Shown: positions 10,362 to 20,305 of the stretch, in pieces
How positions within the stretch are numbered: position 1 is the first letter of the stretch
Layout of the letters: every line of letters begins with the position of its first letter
Assembly (NCBI GenBank): GCA_046350735.1
Contig: JAXLZU010000001.1
Span: forward strand, 307,950 to 371,949
Direction: 5' to 3'
DNA length: 64,000 bases
From: Candidatus Saccharimonadota bacterium
GTDB lineage: Bacteria > Patescibacteriota > Saccharimonadia > CAILAD01 > BJGX01
Notes under the pieces: model-generated
The model's input: only the letters and a program-made list of their open reading frames with translations
Databases searched by the model: none
Told to the model about the DNA's origin: nothing
Translations under genes and position numbers: made by a program

Positions 10362-10604
10362 TTAACGTGTAGCCAAGATGTGGCCAATATAGGTGCCTTC
10401 GAGACTCCAGACGCAGTGGTCGATAATCTCCCAACCACGCTGCTCAAACTGCTTGCGCATGTCATTCCAGCTGTCGAAATCTTCGAAATAATTACCATCT
10501 TCGTCATAGACCCTTACAGCAGGCTCTTTTAGAAGCTTACTTACAGGCTCTACAATAAAGTACCTTGTGGTAAATCGTGTCTTTACCTCGAGAAGTTCTT
10601 GCAA
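10362..10604 (-). CDS. Hypothetical protein (last gene of a 5-gene antisense unit)
   Basis: 80 aa; GAGG SD before a TTG start; same strand as its neighbours. Confidence 0.55.
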   Translation of the reverse strand: MQELLEVKTRFTTRYFIVEPVSKLLKEPAVRVYDEDGNYFEDFDSWNDMRKQFEQRGWEIIDHCVWSLEGTYIGHILATR

Positions 10605-10622
10605 CTTAGCCCACCTCTCAGA

Positions 10623-11009
10623 CTAGACCGAGTTCTTCGGCTGGAATAGTGACGGTAATTTGAACACCATACTCAAAGTGGGGCTGAATTTTGCGAAGAT
10701 TTGGCAGTACATCTCTCGGAATTCGCTAGATAGATTGTCGAAACAGGTAAGAATGATGTCTCCAACTTTGCTGGTAACTTCATTCATTTCGCCAAAGCGC
10801 TTGCCGCAGAACGGGCAGTACAGCGCACCAAGAACAAGTGGGGTAAGGGGTGGCCGTAGCTCTTGTGGGTCTCCAAAGGAGTTATCCCAGAGAACGCCGG
10901 CACCATTTTGATGAGTAATTAGCATCCATTCGGGCTTCATCTCACAGGTGTGATCTTTGGCATCTGCAAGCAGTTCGCGATTTAACTGCAGTTCGGCAGC
11001 AGTTGGCAT
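10623..11009 (-). CDS. Hypothetical protein with CPFCG zinc-ribbon motif
   Basis: Start MPTAAEL after SD GAGGAG; HTC...YCPFCG. Confidence 0.65.
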   Translation of the reverse strand: MPTAAELQLNRELLADAKDHTCEMKPEWMLITHQNGAGVLWDNSFGDPQELRPPLTPLVLGALYCPFCGKRFGEMNEVTSKVGDIILTCFDNLSSEFREMYCQIFAKFSPTLSMVFKLPSLFQPKNSV

Positions 11010-11052
11010 TACGCGCTCCTCTCGAGCTTGTCGATGTTCTGGGTAATTTCTC

Positions 11053-11499
11053 TCAGCGAATGATCGCGCCAGGTATCCAGTTAATCGGTTTGGATACGCC
11101 AAGTTCTGAGAGCTCGCGCTCGAGTTCATCTTGATGATGACTGCAATATTCATCGACTTCACTTCTACTAAGTAGCTGGTCAACTCGTTCGAGCTGCTCT
11201 AACGTAACTTCTTCGCGGTGCCATATTAGATAATGCACTGCTAGTGAGTTGGTAGTCTCACCATTAGCAAGTTGATAGTCTACGTTAGAGCTAAGCGCCC
11301 CACATCGGCAGACATGCCGACCCCTTGTTGCTACTCCAGACCGAAATATTCCATCTCGAATACCCAAAACACCAGTCCGCCCACTAGATTTGGCCTCGTG
11401 CAGTGCACACAACATTTTTAGTGTAAATGTATCAATTACTGGTTCTGTCGACCTCCAACTAATTGGTTCGATATAGAGCAATGCATCTTCAGTGTACAT
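11053..11499 (-). CDS. Hypothetical protein, putative metal-binding (HxCxC...HY)
   Basis: Start MYTEDA after SD GAGGAG; RGRHVCRCG and TNSLAVHYL motifs. Confidence 0.7.
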   Translation of the reverse strand: MYTEDALLYIEPISWRSTEPVIDTFTLKMLCALHEAKSSGRTGVLGIRDGIFRSGVATRGRHVCRCGALSSNVDYQLANGETTNSLAVHYLIWHREEVTLEQLERVDQLLSRSEVDEYCSHHQDELERELSELGVSKPINWIPGAIIR

Positions 11500-11761
11500 G
11501 AGCACTCCTCTCGAGCAACATGTTGGCGTGGGCAAGCAAGGGTTGCATTTCTTCTGTAGGGCCATGGAATACAATATGCTTAGTAAATGGTTGATGCTGT
11601 TTTTTAAGTCTAAGCACAATGCAACTTCTATCGGTAGAAGCTACCTCATATCTGCTACGTGTATAGACCTGCAGAGAATGCAGACCAATACTAGCAGCTT
11701 CTTCTATGGGGCTTCGAACAACCGGGTCTTCAAGTGTGCTAACAAAGCCGATGGTGATCAT
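11489..11761 (-). CDS. Hypothetical protein
   Basis: 90 aa; ATG abuts the upstream stop and the ORF overlaps the next start (translational coupling). Confidence 0.55.
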   Translation of the reverse strand: MITIGFVSTLEDPVVRSPIEEAASIGLHSLQVYTRSRYEVASTDRSCIVLRLKKQHQPFTKHIVFHGPTEEMQPLLAHANMLLERSAHVH

Positions 11762-12139
11762 CTATTCCTGCTCCTCCTCTTCTGGCATATCCCACCACAT
11801 AGGGTCGGGTAATTCGCCAAATCGAGCGGAAAAATGTGGCTCGAGTATCTTAACAAGGTCTATGGCCTTATTATGACGCGAATGTACAAAGATACGGCGG
11901 ATAACAAGTGGGGTACGACTCTGTTGATTTTCAATAAGCCATTCGGCAAGCGCCATGGTGTTGGGCGAGCCAATACCATAATTACTGCTCATGTCATAAT
12001 CGAGCCAGAGCTCATCTATTACTTCAGCAGACTGCAAAAACGAAGTAAGTAGCTCAACAGCTACATCAGTGTTTCGGCAATGAAATGCTCGTGAATCTGC
12101 CGAAAGGCGAATATCGTCTACTACGACGATTTTTCCCAT
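11762..12139 (-). CDS. Stand-alone receiver-like protein (cyclic-phosphate-processing REC-like)
   Basis: VVVDDIR, ELWLDYDM, LAEWL, IFVHS motifs; SD AGGAG; TTGACT-18-TAATAT promoter. Confidence 0.65.
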   Translation of the reverse strand: MGKIVVVDDIRLSADSRAFHCRNTDVAVELLTSFLQSAEVIDELWLDYDMSSNYGIGSPNTMALAEWLIENQQSRTPLVIRRIFVHSRHNKAIDLVKILEPHFSARFGELPDPMWWDMPEEEEQE

Positions 12140-12272
12140 CCTTCTCTCCTGTAGGGTACTCGCTACCAGGGACGATTGCGAACTGGTAAATATTAGCATA
12201 AAAATAATGAATAGTCAATAGATCATAAACCGAGTAGCGGTGGTATAATTGCCCTATTCTTAAAGGAGGCGG

Positions 12273-12878
12273 ATGGTAGTAACAGCAAGCTCTACTCTAG
12301 AGCAAAAGCTATATAAAGAGGGTGTTTTGCTAGTAGCCGGAATAGACGAGGTTGGCAGAGGTGCGTTGGCGGGGCCACTGGTAGCTGGTTGTGTAATATT
12401 ACCACTAGATCATCGGCTCGGCCTGGCAGATTCTAAATTGATATCTGCAAAAAAGCGCACTAGTATAGCCGAGCAGATAAGAAGTAGTGCTGTTGGCTTT
12501 GGTCTTGGTTGGGTTAGCAACACAGAAATTGATGAATTTGGTTTAGCTTGGTGCTTGCAAGAAGCGTATCTAAGAGCTCTAGAAAATATGCACTTAGAGG
12601 TAAGCCATATTATCTTAGACGGCTCGGTAGACTATTTAAAAGAATTTGAAATTTGCCAAACTATGGTTAAGGCCGACCAGAAGGTAAATTGTGTGGCGGC
12701 GGCAAGCATTCTGGCCAAAGTAGCACGCGATAATTACATGCAAAGCCTGTGCGAGCAGTACCCAGAGTACTGTTACGATACCAATGTAGGGTATGGTACC
12801 AAAGCACACAGAGAAGCTCTTTCCAAGCATGGGCTAACAGATATTCATAGAAAAAGTTTTTGTAGACAATTCAAATAA
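12273..12878 (+). CDS. rnhB: Ribonuclease HII
   Basis: AGIDEVGRGALAGP, DSK, AAASILAKVARD, GYGT..H motifs. Confidence 0.96.
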   Translation: MVVTASSTLEQKLYKEGVLLVAGIDEVGRGALAGPLVAGCVILPLDHRLGLADSKLISAKKRTSIAEQIRSSAVGFGLGWVSNTEIDEFGLAWCLQEAYLRALENMHLEVSHIILDGSVDYLKEFEICQTMVKADQKVNCVAAASILAKVARDNYMQSLCEQYPEYCYDTNVGYGTKAHREALSKHGLTDIHRKSFCRQFK

Positions 12879-12926
12879 AAAACCGACAACCACGTGTCGG
12901 TAAATAAGCTGGCACTGATCTGCAGG

Positions 12927-13235
12927 CTATTCAGCCATTTCTTCATGAAATATTCTCCAAGATCTTTTATCATATGTATGGGATAACTCACCAATAACAA
13001 TTGATAAATACAAACTTAAAAGCATGCCCCCACCAAAGCTTCCAGATAAGATAAGAAATAATGAATTACCTGAAAATAATAGCATTAGACTAAACAAACA
13101 AAAGAGTATTATACAAATCAGTAAGATGACATCAATCTTGCCTTCTAACTCAAACAACACATCAGCCTTAGCTTTACTGCTTATATATTGCTCATGTAAT
13201 TCCAGAAGATGTGATTCTGAAGTTTTTTTACCCAC
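12927..13235 (-). CDS. Small two-TM membrane protein (accessory unit)
   Basis: GTG start after GGAG; TTGACT-17-TAAAAT promoter; own terminator at about 12875-12902. Confidence 0.65.
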   Translation of the reverse strand: MGKKTSESHLLELHEQYISSKAKADVLFELEGKIDVILLICIILFCLFSLMLLFSGNSLFLILSGSFGGGMLLSLYLSIVIGELSHTYDKRSWRIFHEEMAE

Positions 13236-13337
13236 TTTGCGACTCCATTTGTAGGGTGCGACTGCTGATTATTTTATTGAATATATTTTTTGAAGTCAAT
13301 TGCTTGCATATTTGCCGCAGTGTGCCACTATAATTAC

Positions 13338-13694
13338 ATGAAAAACACTACTTCTATTGGTAATCAATCAGAAACATTCGCGTGTCATTATCTAGTCGAC
13401 AAAGGTTATACAATAGTACAACGTAACTATAAAGACCGCTTTTGCGAGATAGATATTGTTGCTCGTAATAACACTACTATAGTCTTTGTAGAGGTTAAAT
13501 ATCGCAGACGCCGAGACTTTGGCGGCGCTATAGGGGCAGTTACACCAAATAAAGTTAAAAGAATGCAATACTCGGCCGAATTTTGGCTAAGCCAACACCA
13601 AGAATTGGCCAGACTGCAACCAAGACTAGACGTTATTACTGTTGTGGGTGATATCTCTACGCCCGAAGTAACTCATCTAGAAAATATTATGTAA
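13338..13694 (+). CDS. yraN: YraN family (UPF0102) putative endonuclease
   Basis: G...E..A..YL...GY.I..RN, EIDIVA, VFVEVKYR, RLDVI motifs; typical rnhB neighbour. Confidence 0.9.
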   Translation: MKNTTSIGNQSETFACHYLVDKGYTIVQRNYKDRFCEIDIVARNNTTIVFVEVKYRRRRDFGGAIGAVTPNKVKRMQYSAEFWLSQHQELARLQPRLDVITVVGDISTPEVTHLENIM

Positions 13695-13704
13695 AAAACC
13701 TGTG

Positions 13705-13731
13705 TTAGCACTCTTGCATGCCGAGTGCCAA
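13705..13731 (+). promoter_or_regulatory. CIRCE element (HrcA operator) overlapping the nusA-clpC promoter
   Basis: TTAGCACTC-N9-GAGTGCCAA, one mismatch to TTAGCACTC-N9-GAGTGCTAA; overlaps TTGCAT-17-TATTAT. Confidence 0.85.
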
Positions 13732-13867
13732 TGTGCTATTATAGACACATAGTTTGAACACTTAGAAAGGAGTCGGAACTGTTTTAAAACAAAAAACAAC
13801 CGGCTCTTTATTGTTCAAACACCAACTACAACTGAATAACAATTGAATAGAAAAGGAAAAGTATACC

Positions 13868-15079
13868 ATGCAAAACCAATTTATATCAGCCATCGAACAA
13901 ATTTGTGAAGAAAAAGGCATTAGTAAAGAGTCTGTACTAGAGGCTATTGCTGCTGCTATGGCTGCTGCCTACAAAAAAGATTATGGCGATAAAGACCAAG
14001 AAGTGCGCGCCGAGCTAGATCCAAAGACTGGTGCAGCACGCATTTTTATTAGCAAAGAAGTGGTAAAGAAGATAGACGAAGGTTTTGAAGAATTACAAAT
14101 GACTCTCGAAGATGCCAAGAAGATTAACTCCGATATTAAGGTTGGCGAAATGGTAGAGTACGAAGAAAAAACTCACACCGATTTTGGTCGTGTAGCTGCA
14201 CAAACTGCCAAGCAAGTTATTATGCAGCGTATTCGCGAAGCCGAGCGAGAAGTAGTATTTAGTGAATTTTCTGATAAAGAAGGCCAAATTATTAACTCTA
14301 CTGTGCAACGCGTAGAGCGAGGTAATGTGTACATAGACCTTGGCCATGCTGTGGGTGTACTTTTTCCTAACGATCAGTTGCCTAACGAGCGCTATTATAC
14401 TGGTCAGCGCATTAAAGTATATGTTGTTCGTGTAGAACAGACACTAAAAGGTCCACAAATTGTGGTAAGCCGTACTCACCCAGAAATGATTCGCCAACTC
14501 TTCGAGATGGAAGTACCAGAAATCTCTGGTGGTAGTGTAGAAATAGTAAATATTGCTCGCGAAGCCGGTGCTCGCACTAAAATTGCCGTAAAAAGTAATA
14601 CCGAAGGTGTAGACCCTGTCGGTACGTTTGTTGGTGGACGTGGATCGCGTGTGCAAGCAGTAATGAACGAAATTGGTGATGAAAAGATAGATATTATTCC
14701 ATTTAGCGAAGACCCTAAGGAATATATTGCCTCAGCACTTAGCCCTACCAAAGTAATTGAAGTAAAGATAAACGAAGAAGAAAAGAAAGCTACAGTAAAA
14801 GTACCAGAAGATCAGCTAAGCTTGGCAATTGGCAAGTCTGGTCAGAATGTTCGTTTGGCTGCCAAGCTAACTGGCTGGAGTGTTGATATTGACGGAGCCG
14901 ATGAAGCCCATGTAGAAGAAACTGCAGATGCAGTTGACGAGCCAAAGACTATTAACACGAAAGACCTCGAAGACTCACTACTAAATGCAGCTAGTACAGA
15001 AGAAACTGCCAAAGAAGATAAAGAAGTAGTAAAAGAAGATCAGACAAAGACAGAAAGCGAACCGCAAGAAGATAAGTAA
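13868..15079 (+). CDS. nusA: Transcription termination/antitermination factor NusA
   Basis: FGRVAAQTAKQVIMQRIREAERE, S1 and KH domains, LSLAIGKSGQNVRLAAKLTGW. Confidence 0.97.
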   Translation: MQNQFISAIEQICEEKGISKESVLEAIAAAMAAAYKKDYGDKDQEVRAELDPKTGAARIFISKEVVKKIDEGFEELQMTLEDAKKINSDIKVGEMVEYEEKTHTDFGRVAAQTAKQVIMQRIREAEREVVFSEFSDKEGQIINSTVQRVERGNVYIDLGHAVGVLFPNDQLPNERYYTGQRIKVYVVRVEQTLKGPQIVVSRTHPEMIRQLFEMEVPEISGGSVEIVNIAREAGARTKIAVKSNTEGVDPVGTFVGGRGSRVQAVMNEIGDEKIDIIPFSEDPKEYIASALSPTKVIEVKINEEEKKATVKVPEDQLSLAIGKSGQNVRLAAKLTGWSVDIDGADEAHVEETADAVDEPKTINTKDLEDSLLNAASTEETAKEDKEVVKEDQTKTESEPQEDK

Positions 15080-15099
15080 CTAAATAGAAGGAGGATGAT

Positions 15100-17568
15100 A
15101 TGGATACCGATTTTCCAGAAGTATTTGAAAGATTTACACAGAATGCAAAATTGGCTTTTCAGTTTGCTGGGCAATTGGCTCTGCAAACAGGAGCTAGCTA
15201 TGTCGGTACCGAACACCTTCTATTAGGAATTGTAAAAACCCAAAACTCTTTGGGTGCTCGCTTACTCTCTGAGGCCGGTGTAAGTCTCGAAAAAGTTAAC
15301 CCTGGCCTTCTTGCTCAACCTACTTCTACTCCTCAGGGTGTAGTAGACCTTTCTGAGACAGCGAAAAAGACTATTACGCTTGCATTGCGTATGGCACAAG
15401 AATATGGCCAAGCCTATGCTGGCACCGAGCATTTATTGTTTGCTATTCTTAGTCAAAAAAATTCGCGGGCGCAGACTATTCTGCACGATCTTAAGGTAGA
15501 CCCTACCAAACTGCGAGCAGATGTAGAGAACAGCCTGGCCAACCAGCCGCATACCTTTGCTCAACATAACGAGCCTAATGGAAAAGGTGGCAAAGCCTCA
15601 AAAACTCCGGCGCTCGATCACTTTAGTATAGATCTTACTCAGAAAGCCCGTGATGGCAAGTTAGACCCTATGGTTGGTCGAGCTGCACAGCTAGCACGTA
15701 TGATCTCTATTCTAAATCGCCGCACCAAAAATAACCCAGTACTTATTGGCGAGCCTGGAGTTGGTAAAACAGCCATAGTCGAAGGTTTGGCGAGTAAGGT
15801 GGTAGAAGAAGACGTACCAGAGCTACTGCTCGGCAAGCGTATTATGATGCTCGACATGGCATCGGTTATTGCCGGTACGAAGTTTCGTGGTGAGTTTGAA
15901 GAACGTCTAAAGAAGATTATTGACGAAGCCTCTGGTGCTGACGATGTAATACTATTTATCGATGAGTTACACAATGTAGTTGGGGCTGGTAGTGCCGAAG
16001 GTGCTATAGATGCTGCAAATATTTTAAAACCAGCTCTTGCACGAGGCGAAGTACAGACAATTGGCGCTACAACTTTAGAGGAATATCGCAAATATATTGA
16101 GAAAGATTCTGCCTTAGAGCGACGATTTCAACCTGTTCAAGTTCCAGAAGCTACAGTAGAAGAGACTATTGAAATTTTACAGGGTCTACGACCACGCTAC
16201 GAAGAGTTTCATCATGTTGCTATTTCTGACGAAGCTATCGAGCAAGCTGCCAAGCTAGCAAAACGCTACGTTAGTGATAGATTTATGCCCGATAAGGCTA
16301 TCGATCTTATCGACGAGGCTGCTGCACAAGCCAGAATTGCTCGTGGTGGTACCAGCAAGCCACAACGTACTCTACAAACCAAGCTAGAAGCACTTACTAC
16401 CAAGATAGATGATGCAGTGTATCATCAAGACTTCGAGCATGCTGCCAAGCTAAAGGCTGAGGCTAGCAGAATAGAAAAACAGATTGCCGAGCTCGACAAA
16501 AAACGCGGTAAGAAAAAAGAAATTAGTATTAGCGCCGAAGATATTGCAGTGGTTATTAATCAGACCACCGGTATTCCACTTACAAAACTCATTAAGATAG
16601 AAACCGAAGCACTCAAGAAGCTCGAAGCCAGCCTTAAGGCTAACGTAATTGGTCAAAACGAGGCTGTTAGTGCAGTGGCACGCGCCATTCGTCGCAGTCG
16701 TACGGGTATTGCTGATGAGAACCGGCCAATAGGATCGTTTATATTTTTAGGCCCAACCGGTGTAGGTAAGACCGAACTCGCTCGTGTACTTGCACAAGAG
16801 CTCTTTCATGATAAAGACGCAATGATAAAAGTTGATATGAGTGAGTTTATGGAGAAACATAATGTATCTCGTTTGGTTGGGGCACCGGCTGGCTATGTTG
16901 GCTTTGAAGAAGGCGGACAGTTAACTGAAAAAGTTAGACGCCGACCATACAGCCTGATACTCTTTGACGAAATAGAAAAAGCCCACCCAGATGTCTTTAA
17001 TATGCTCTTGCAAATCTTAGAAGATGGGCAACTTACCGATGCCAAAGGTCGCAAGGTAGATTTCCGTAACACTATAATTATTATGACGTCTAACGTTGGT
17101 GCGCGACAATTGCATGATGAAGCTGTAATTGGTTTTAACACGCATAACGAAAAAGATGAGGACAAACTAGAGCGTCATCACGAGCAGATGCAGAAGAACT
17201 TAAAAGGCGAACTTAAAAAAGTCTTTCGCCCAGAGTTTTTAAACCGAATTGACCATGTAGTAGTGTTTAGAGCGTTAGCTCCTGCAGATATCGAAAAGAT
17301 TATCGATCTTCAGCTGAAAGATTTAGCTCGCCGGCTAGAAGCTAAGGAAGTCAATCTAAAATTTGCCTCAGGTATTAAGAAGATATTACTTAAAGAAGGT
17401 TATGATGCTGACAATGGTGCTAGACCACTGCGCCGTGCTATTCAGCGTCTTATAGAAGACCCGCTAGCAAGTGAGATGATAGATGGCCGCATACATGCAG
17501 GTGATACGGTAAAGGTTAGTGTAGATAAAGATGATAAGATAGAACTCAAAGTCGCGCTTGGGGTATAA
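15100..17568 (+). CDS. clpC: ATP-dependent Clp protease ATPase subunit ClpC
   Basis: Clp N repeats; two Walker A motifs ([16 protein letters not shown]); UVR-type short middle domain. Confidence 0.93.
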   Translation: MDTDFPEVFERFTQNAKLAFQFAGQLALQTGASYVGTEHLLLGIVKTQNSLGARLLSEAGVSLEKVNPGLLAQPTSTPQGVVDLSETAKKTITLALRMAQEYGQAYAGTEHLLFAILSQKNSRAQTILHDLKVDPTKLRADVENSLANQPHTFAQHNEPNGKGGKASKTPALDHFSIDLTQKARDGKLDPMVGRAAQLARMISILNRRTKNNPVLIGEPGVGKTAIVEGLASKVVEEDVPELLLGKRIMMLDMASVIAGTKFRGEFEERLKKIIDEASGADDVILFIDELHNVVGAGSAEGAIDAANILKPALARGEVQTIGATTLEEYRKYIEKDSALERRFQPVQVPEATVEETIEILQGLRPRYEEFHHVAISDEAIEQAAKLAKRYVSDRFMPDKAIDLIDEAAAQARIARGGTSKPQRTLQTKLEALTTKIDDAVYHQDFEHAAKLKAEASRIEKQIAELDKKRGKKKEISISAEDIAVVINQTTGIPLTKLIKIETEALKKLEASLKANVIGQNEAVSAVARAIRRSRTGIADENRPIGSFIFLGPTGVGKTELARVLAQELFHDKDAMIKVDMSEFMEKHNVSRLVGAPAGYVGFEEGGQLTEKVRRRPYSLILFDEIEKAHPDVFNMLLQILEDGQLTDAKGRKVDFRNTIIIMTSNVGARQLHDEAVIGFNTHNEKDEDKLERHHEQMQKNLKGELKKVFRPEFLNRIDHVVVFRALAPADIEKIIDLQLKDLARRLEAKEVNLKFASGIKKILLKEGYDADNGARPLRRAIQRLIEDPLASEMIDGRIHAGDTVKVSVDKDDKIELKVALGV

Positions 17569-17614
17569 AAATTCCCATATAACTTATTGGTTATATGGGA
17601 ATAAGTATGGTTTA

Positions 17615-17950
17615 CTAGTCTGGCAATGCCTTAACTCTGCGTTTCAGCCATCCCAGAGCAAATTTTTCAATTTCTTTTACTCGGCCAAGATTCACATTCC
17701 ACCTATCTGCTAATTTATGTCGTCGGCTAGCAATGGTATCATTACCTGTAAACCTATAAAGATACTCGATCAAGTCGCGTGCTCGATCGTTTCTATTTTT
17801 ATATATATCCTCGATTCCGCCGTGCTTCTGAACAAGTCGCACATAAGAGTCGAGCGTTTCGGTGTCTCGAAGCGGGATTTTAAGTGAAATTCTCAACACT
17901 CGTCTTGTTGATGTTTCATCCCAGGTATTAAGCGTGCTAATACCAGTCAT
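17615..17950 (-). CDS. Small protein with C-terminal sigma-70 region 4-like HTH (accessory unit)
   Basis: KLADRWNVNLGRVKEIEKFALGWLKR resembles the region 4.2 pattern; SD GGAGG; TTTACT-17-TATTAT promoter. Confidence 0.65.
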   Translation of the reverse strand: MTGISTLNTWDETSTRRVLRISLKIPLRDTETLDSYVRLVQKHGGIEDIYKNRNDRARDLIEYLYRFTGNDTIASRRHKLADRWNVNLGRVKEIEKFALGWLKRRVKALPD

Positions 17951-18091
17951 CACTCACCTCCAGCAGGTACAAAAATATAATAACATCATAATAAGAAAAA
18001 GTAAATAAAATTAATCTAATATTTACTTTCGTTTTGTGTTCGTATTGTGTTACACTAAATATATAAGTAATTTTAGTGTGAACAAAATACT

Positions 18092-19429
18092 ATGCCAAAA
18101 GTAACCAGCCAATTTGTATGCCAAAACTGTGGCGCCACGTTTTCTAAGTGGGCCGGTAAGTGCATGCAATGTGGGGCTTGGGATAGTCTGGTAGAATCAG
18201 CCCCTATTACTACTGGCTCAAAATCTGCTTCTCATGCTGTTGCAGCTAAACCAGATAAACTATCGGCAATTCAGTCTGCCAAAACACCACGCATAACAAC
18301 TACTATCGGCGAGGTAGATACCGTACTGGGTGGCGGTATAGTGCCAGGTAGTTTAATCTTATTGGCTGGTGATCCTGGTATTGGTAAGAGTACATTAGTG
18401 TTGCAACTTGCAGGTATTCTCTCTGGCCAAAAACGCAAAGTACTTTATGTTAGTGGTGAAGAGTCGGCCAACCAAATTAAGTTGCGGGCCGAGCGCATTA
18501 CGGGCTTGAGTGAAGAGTTTGATTTTGCTGCCACAACAGACCTAGATAGTGTGCTGTCTTTGGTGGTTAGTGAAGATTACGACTTGGTAGTGGTAGATTC
18601 TATTCAGACTATGAGCTCTTCGGCATCGGCGTCGGCAGCTGGTACGGTAAGTCAAATTACCAACGGGGCCAATCAGCTAATGCAGTCTGCTAAGAGTACC
18701 AATACTGCCTTTATAATTATTGGCCACGTTACCAAAGAAGGTAATCTGGCTGGGCCACGTCTGCTCGAACATTTGGTAGATGTCGTGTTGTATTTAGAAG
18801 GTGATAAATATGGCATGGTAAAGTTTTTACGCGGCGTAAAAAATCGCTTTGGTGCTACTGACGAGGTAGGGGTGCTCGAGATGACAGACTCAGGCTTGCA
18901 GCCAGTGGTAAACCCTAGTGGATTATTACTAGAAGAACGTAGTCTGGCACCAGGCAGTGTGGTGTTTGCGGCTATGGAGGGTAGTCGGCCGCTACTAGTA
19001 GAAGTGCAAGCACTAGTTAGCCCTAGTGTATTTGGGTATCCCAAGCGTGCTGGTGTAGGGGTAGATCTTAACAGGCTAAATATGCTCTGTGCAGTACTGA
19101 CCAAACGGGGCGGCATTAATTTGAGTGCCTCAGACGTGTATGTTAATATTGTAGGTGGTCTAAAGATAAGTGAGCCAGCTATAGACCTTGCAATTATCTG
19201 TGCACTTGCAAGTGCACAAAAGAATGTTATTATCAACTCTCACTTAGTAGTATTTGGTGAGGTTGGCCTAAGTGGTGAAATTCGCACGGTAAATAGTACC
19301 GAGCGTCGACTACGCGAGGCAAAAAAACTTGGCTACAAATCTGCTCTTACGGCACCACACTCTAGCCTAAAGGGCTTAAGGCTTCCACATAACATTGCCG
19401 AAGCAGTAAAAATTATTACAAAAAAATAA
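18092..19429 (+). CDS. radA: DNA repair protein RadA/Sms
   Basis: C4 zinc finger, GDPGIGKSTL, KNRFG motif, Lon-like C-terminus. Confidence 0.97.
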   Translation: MPKVTSQFVCQNCGATFSKWAGKCMQCGAWDSLVESAPITTGSKSASHAVAAKPDKLSAIQSAKTPRITTTIGEVDTVLGGGIVPGSLILLAGDPGIGKSTLVLQLAGILSGQKRKVLYVSGEESANQIKLRAERITGLSEEFDFAATTDLDSVLSLVVSEDYDLVVVDSIQTMSSSASASAAGTVSQITNGANQLMQSAKSTNTAFIIIGHVTKEGNLAGPRLLEHLVDVVLYLEGDKYGMVKFLRGVKNRFGATDEVGVLEMTDSGLQPVVNPSGLLLEERSLAPGSVVFAAMEGSRPLLVEVQALVSPSVFGYPKRAGVGVDLNRLNMLCAVLTKRGGINLSASDVYVNIVGGLKISEPAIDLAIICALASAQKNVIINSHLVVFGEVGLSGEIRTVNSTERRLREAKKLGYKSALTAPHSSLKGLRLPHNIAEAVKIITKK

Positions 19430-19449
19430 ACTTTTAAAAAGGAATAATA

Positions 19450-20238
19450 ATGTTAGAAATTATCTTAGTCGTTTTGGCGGCAACAGTAGCAGTTTTAGCT
19501 GTTGCGCTACTTACGCTCATTAACCAAAACAAAAAAAAACCAACGCCAGCTGCAACGAAAAAAGTAAGCAAAATATCAGAAAAATCACAAATTCTTGTAG
19601 ATACCAGTGCTATTATAGATGGACGTATTGCCGATATTGCCAAGAGTGGTTTTGTGCCTGGCAAACTATTAGTACCTCGCTTTGTACTAGCAGAATTGCA
19701 AAACATTGCTGATAGCGAAGATAGTATGCGCCGTAGTCGCGGCCGAAGAGGCTTAGAAATGCTCAATATTATTCGCGAGAACCCAGCCGTAGAGCTTGAT
19801 ATTATCGAAGAGAATCCAGAAGATGTAAAAGAAGTAGACCACAAGCTAGTGCGTATTGCCAGAGACTATGGGACCGACATTTTAACTACCGACTATAATC
19901 TTAATAGAGTGGCTACTATCGAGCAGGTAAAGGTGCTCAATATTAACGAGCTTGCCAATGCTATTAAGGCCGTTGTTATCCCCGGTGAAGAAATGAAGGT
20001 AAAGGTAGTACAGAAGGGCAAAGAAAAAAACCAAGGTCTAGCATATTTAGAAGACGGCACAATGATTGTGGTAGAGAGAGGCGATAAGTTACTGGGCAAA
20101 GAAGTGTCGGTAGAAGTAACCCGAATATTCCAGACAGTAGCCGGCAAGATGATTTTTGCGGTAGAGAAGGGAAGCAAACGACCAGTTCGTGCCAAATCTA
20201 CCAACCATCGTAAACCAGTGCAAAAGCCAAAGCGCTAA
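19450..20238 (+). CDS. PIN/TRAM domain protein (YacL-like)
   Basis: LVDTSAIIDGRI, RGRRGL, TDYNLN, YLEDGTMIVVE; clpC-radA-yacL synteny. Confidence 0.9.
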   Translation: MLEIILVVLAATVAVLAVALLTLINQNKKKPTPAATKKVSKISEKSQILVDTSAIIDGRIADIAKSGFVPGKLLVPRFVLAELQNIADSEDSMRRSRGRRGLEMLNIIRENPAVELDIIEENPEDVKEVDHKLVRIARDYGTDILTTDYNLNRVATIEQVKVLNINELANAIKAVVIPGEEMKVKVVQKGKEKNQGLAYLEDGTMIVVERGDKLLGKEVSVEVTRIFQTVAGKMIFAVEKGSKRPVRAKSTNHRKPVQKPKR

Positions 20239-20305
20239 GCTTGCAATAAGCAAAATTAATACGTAGAATATCTCTTGTCTTATCCGCGAGGTTAAGAGGT
20301 GCATA

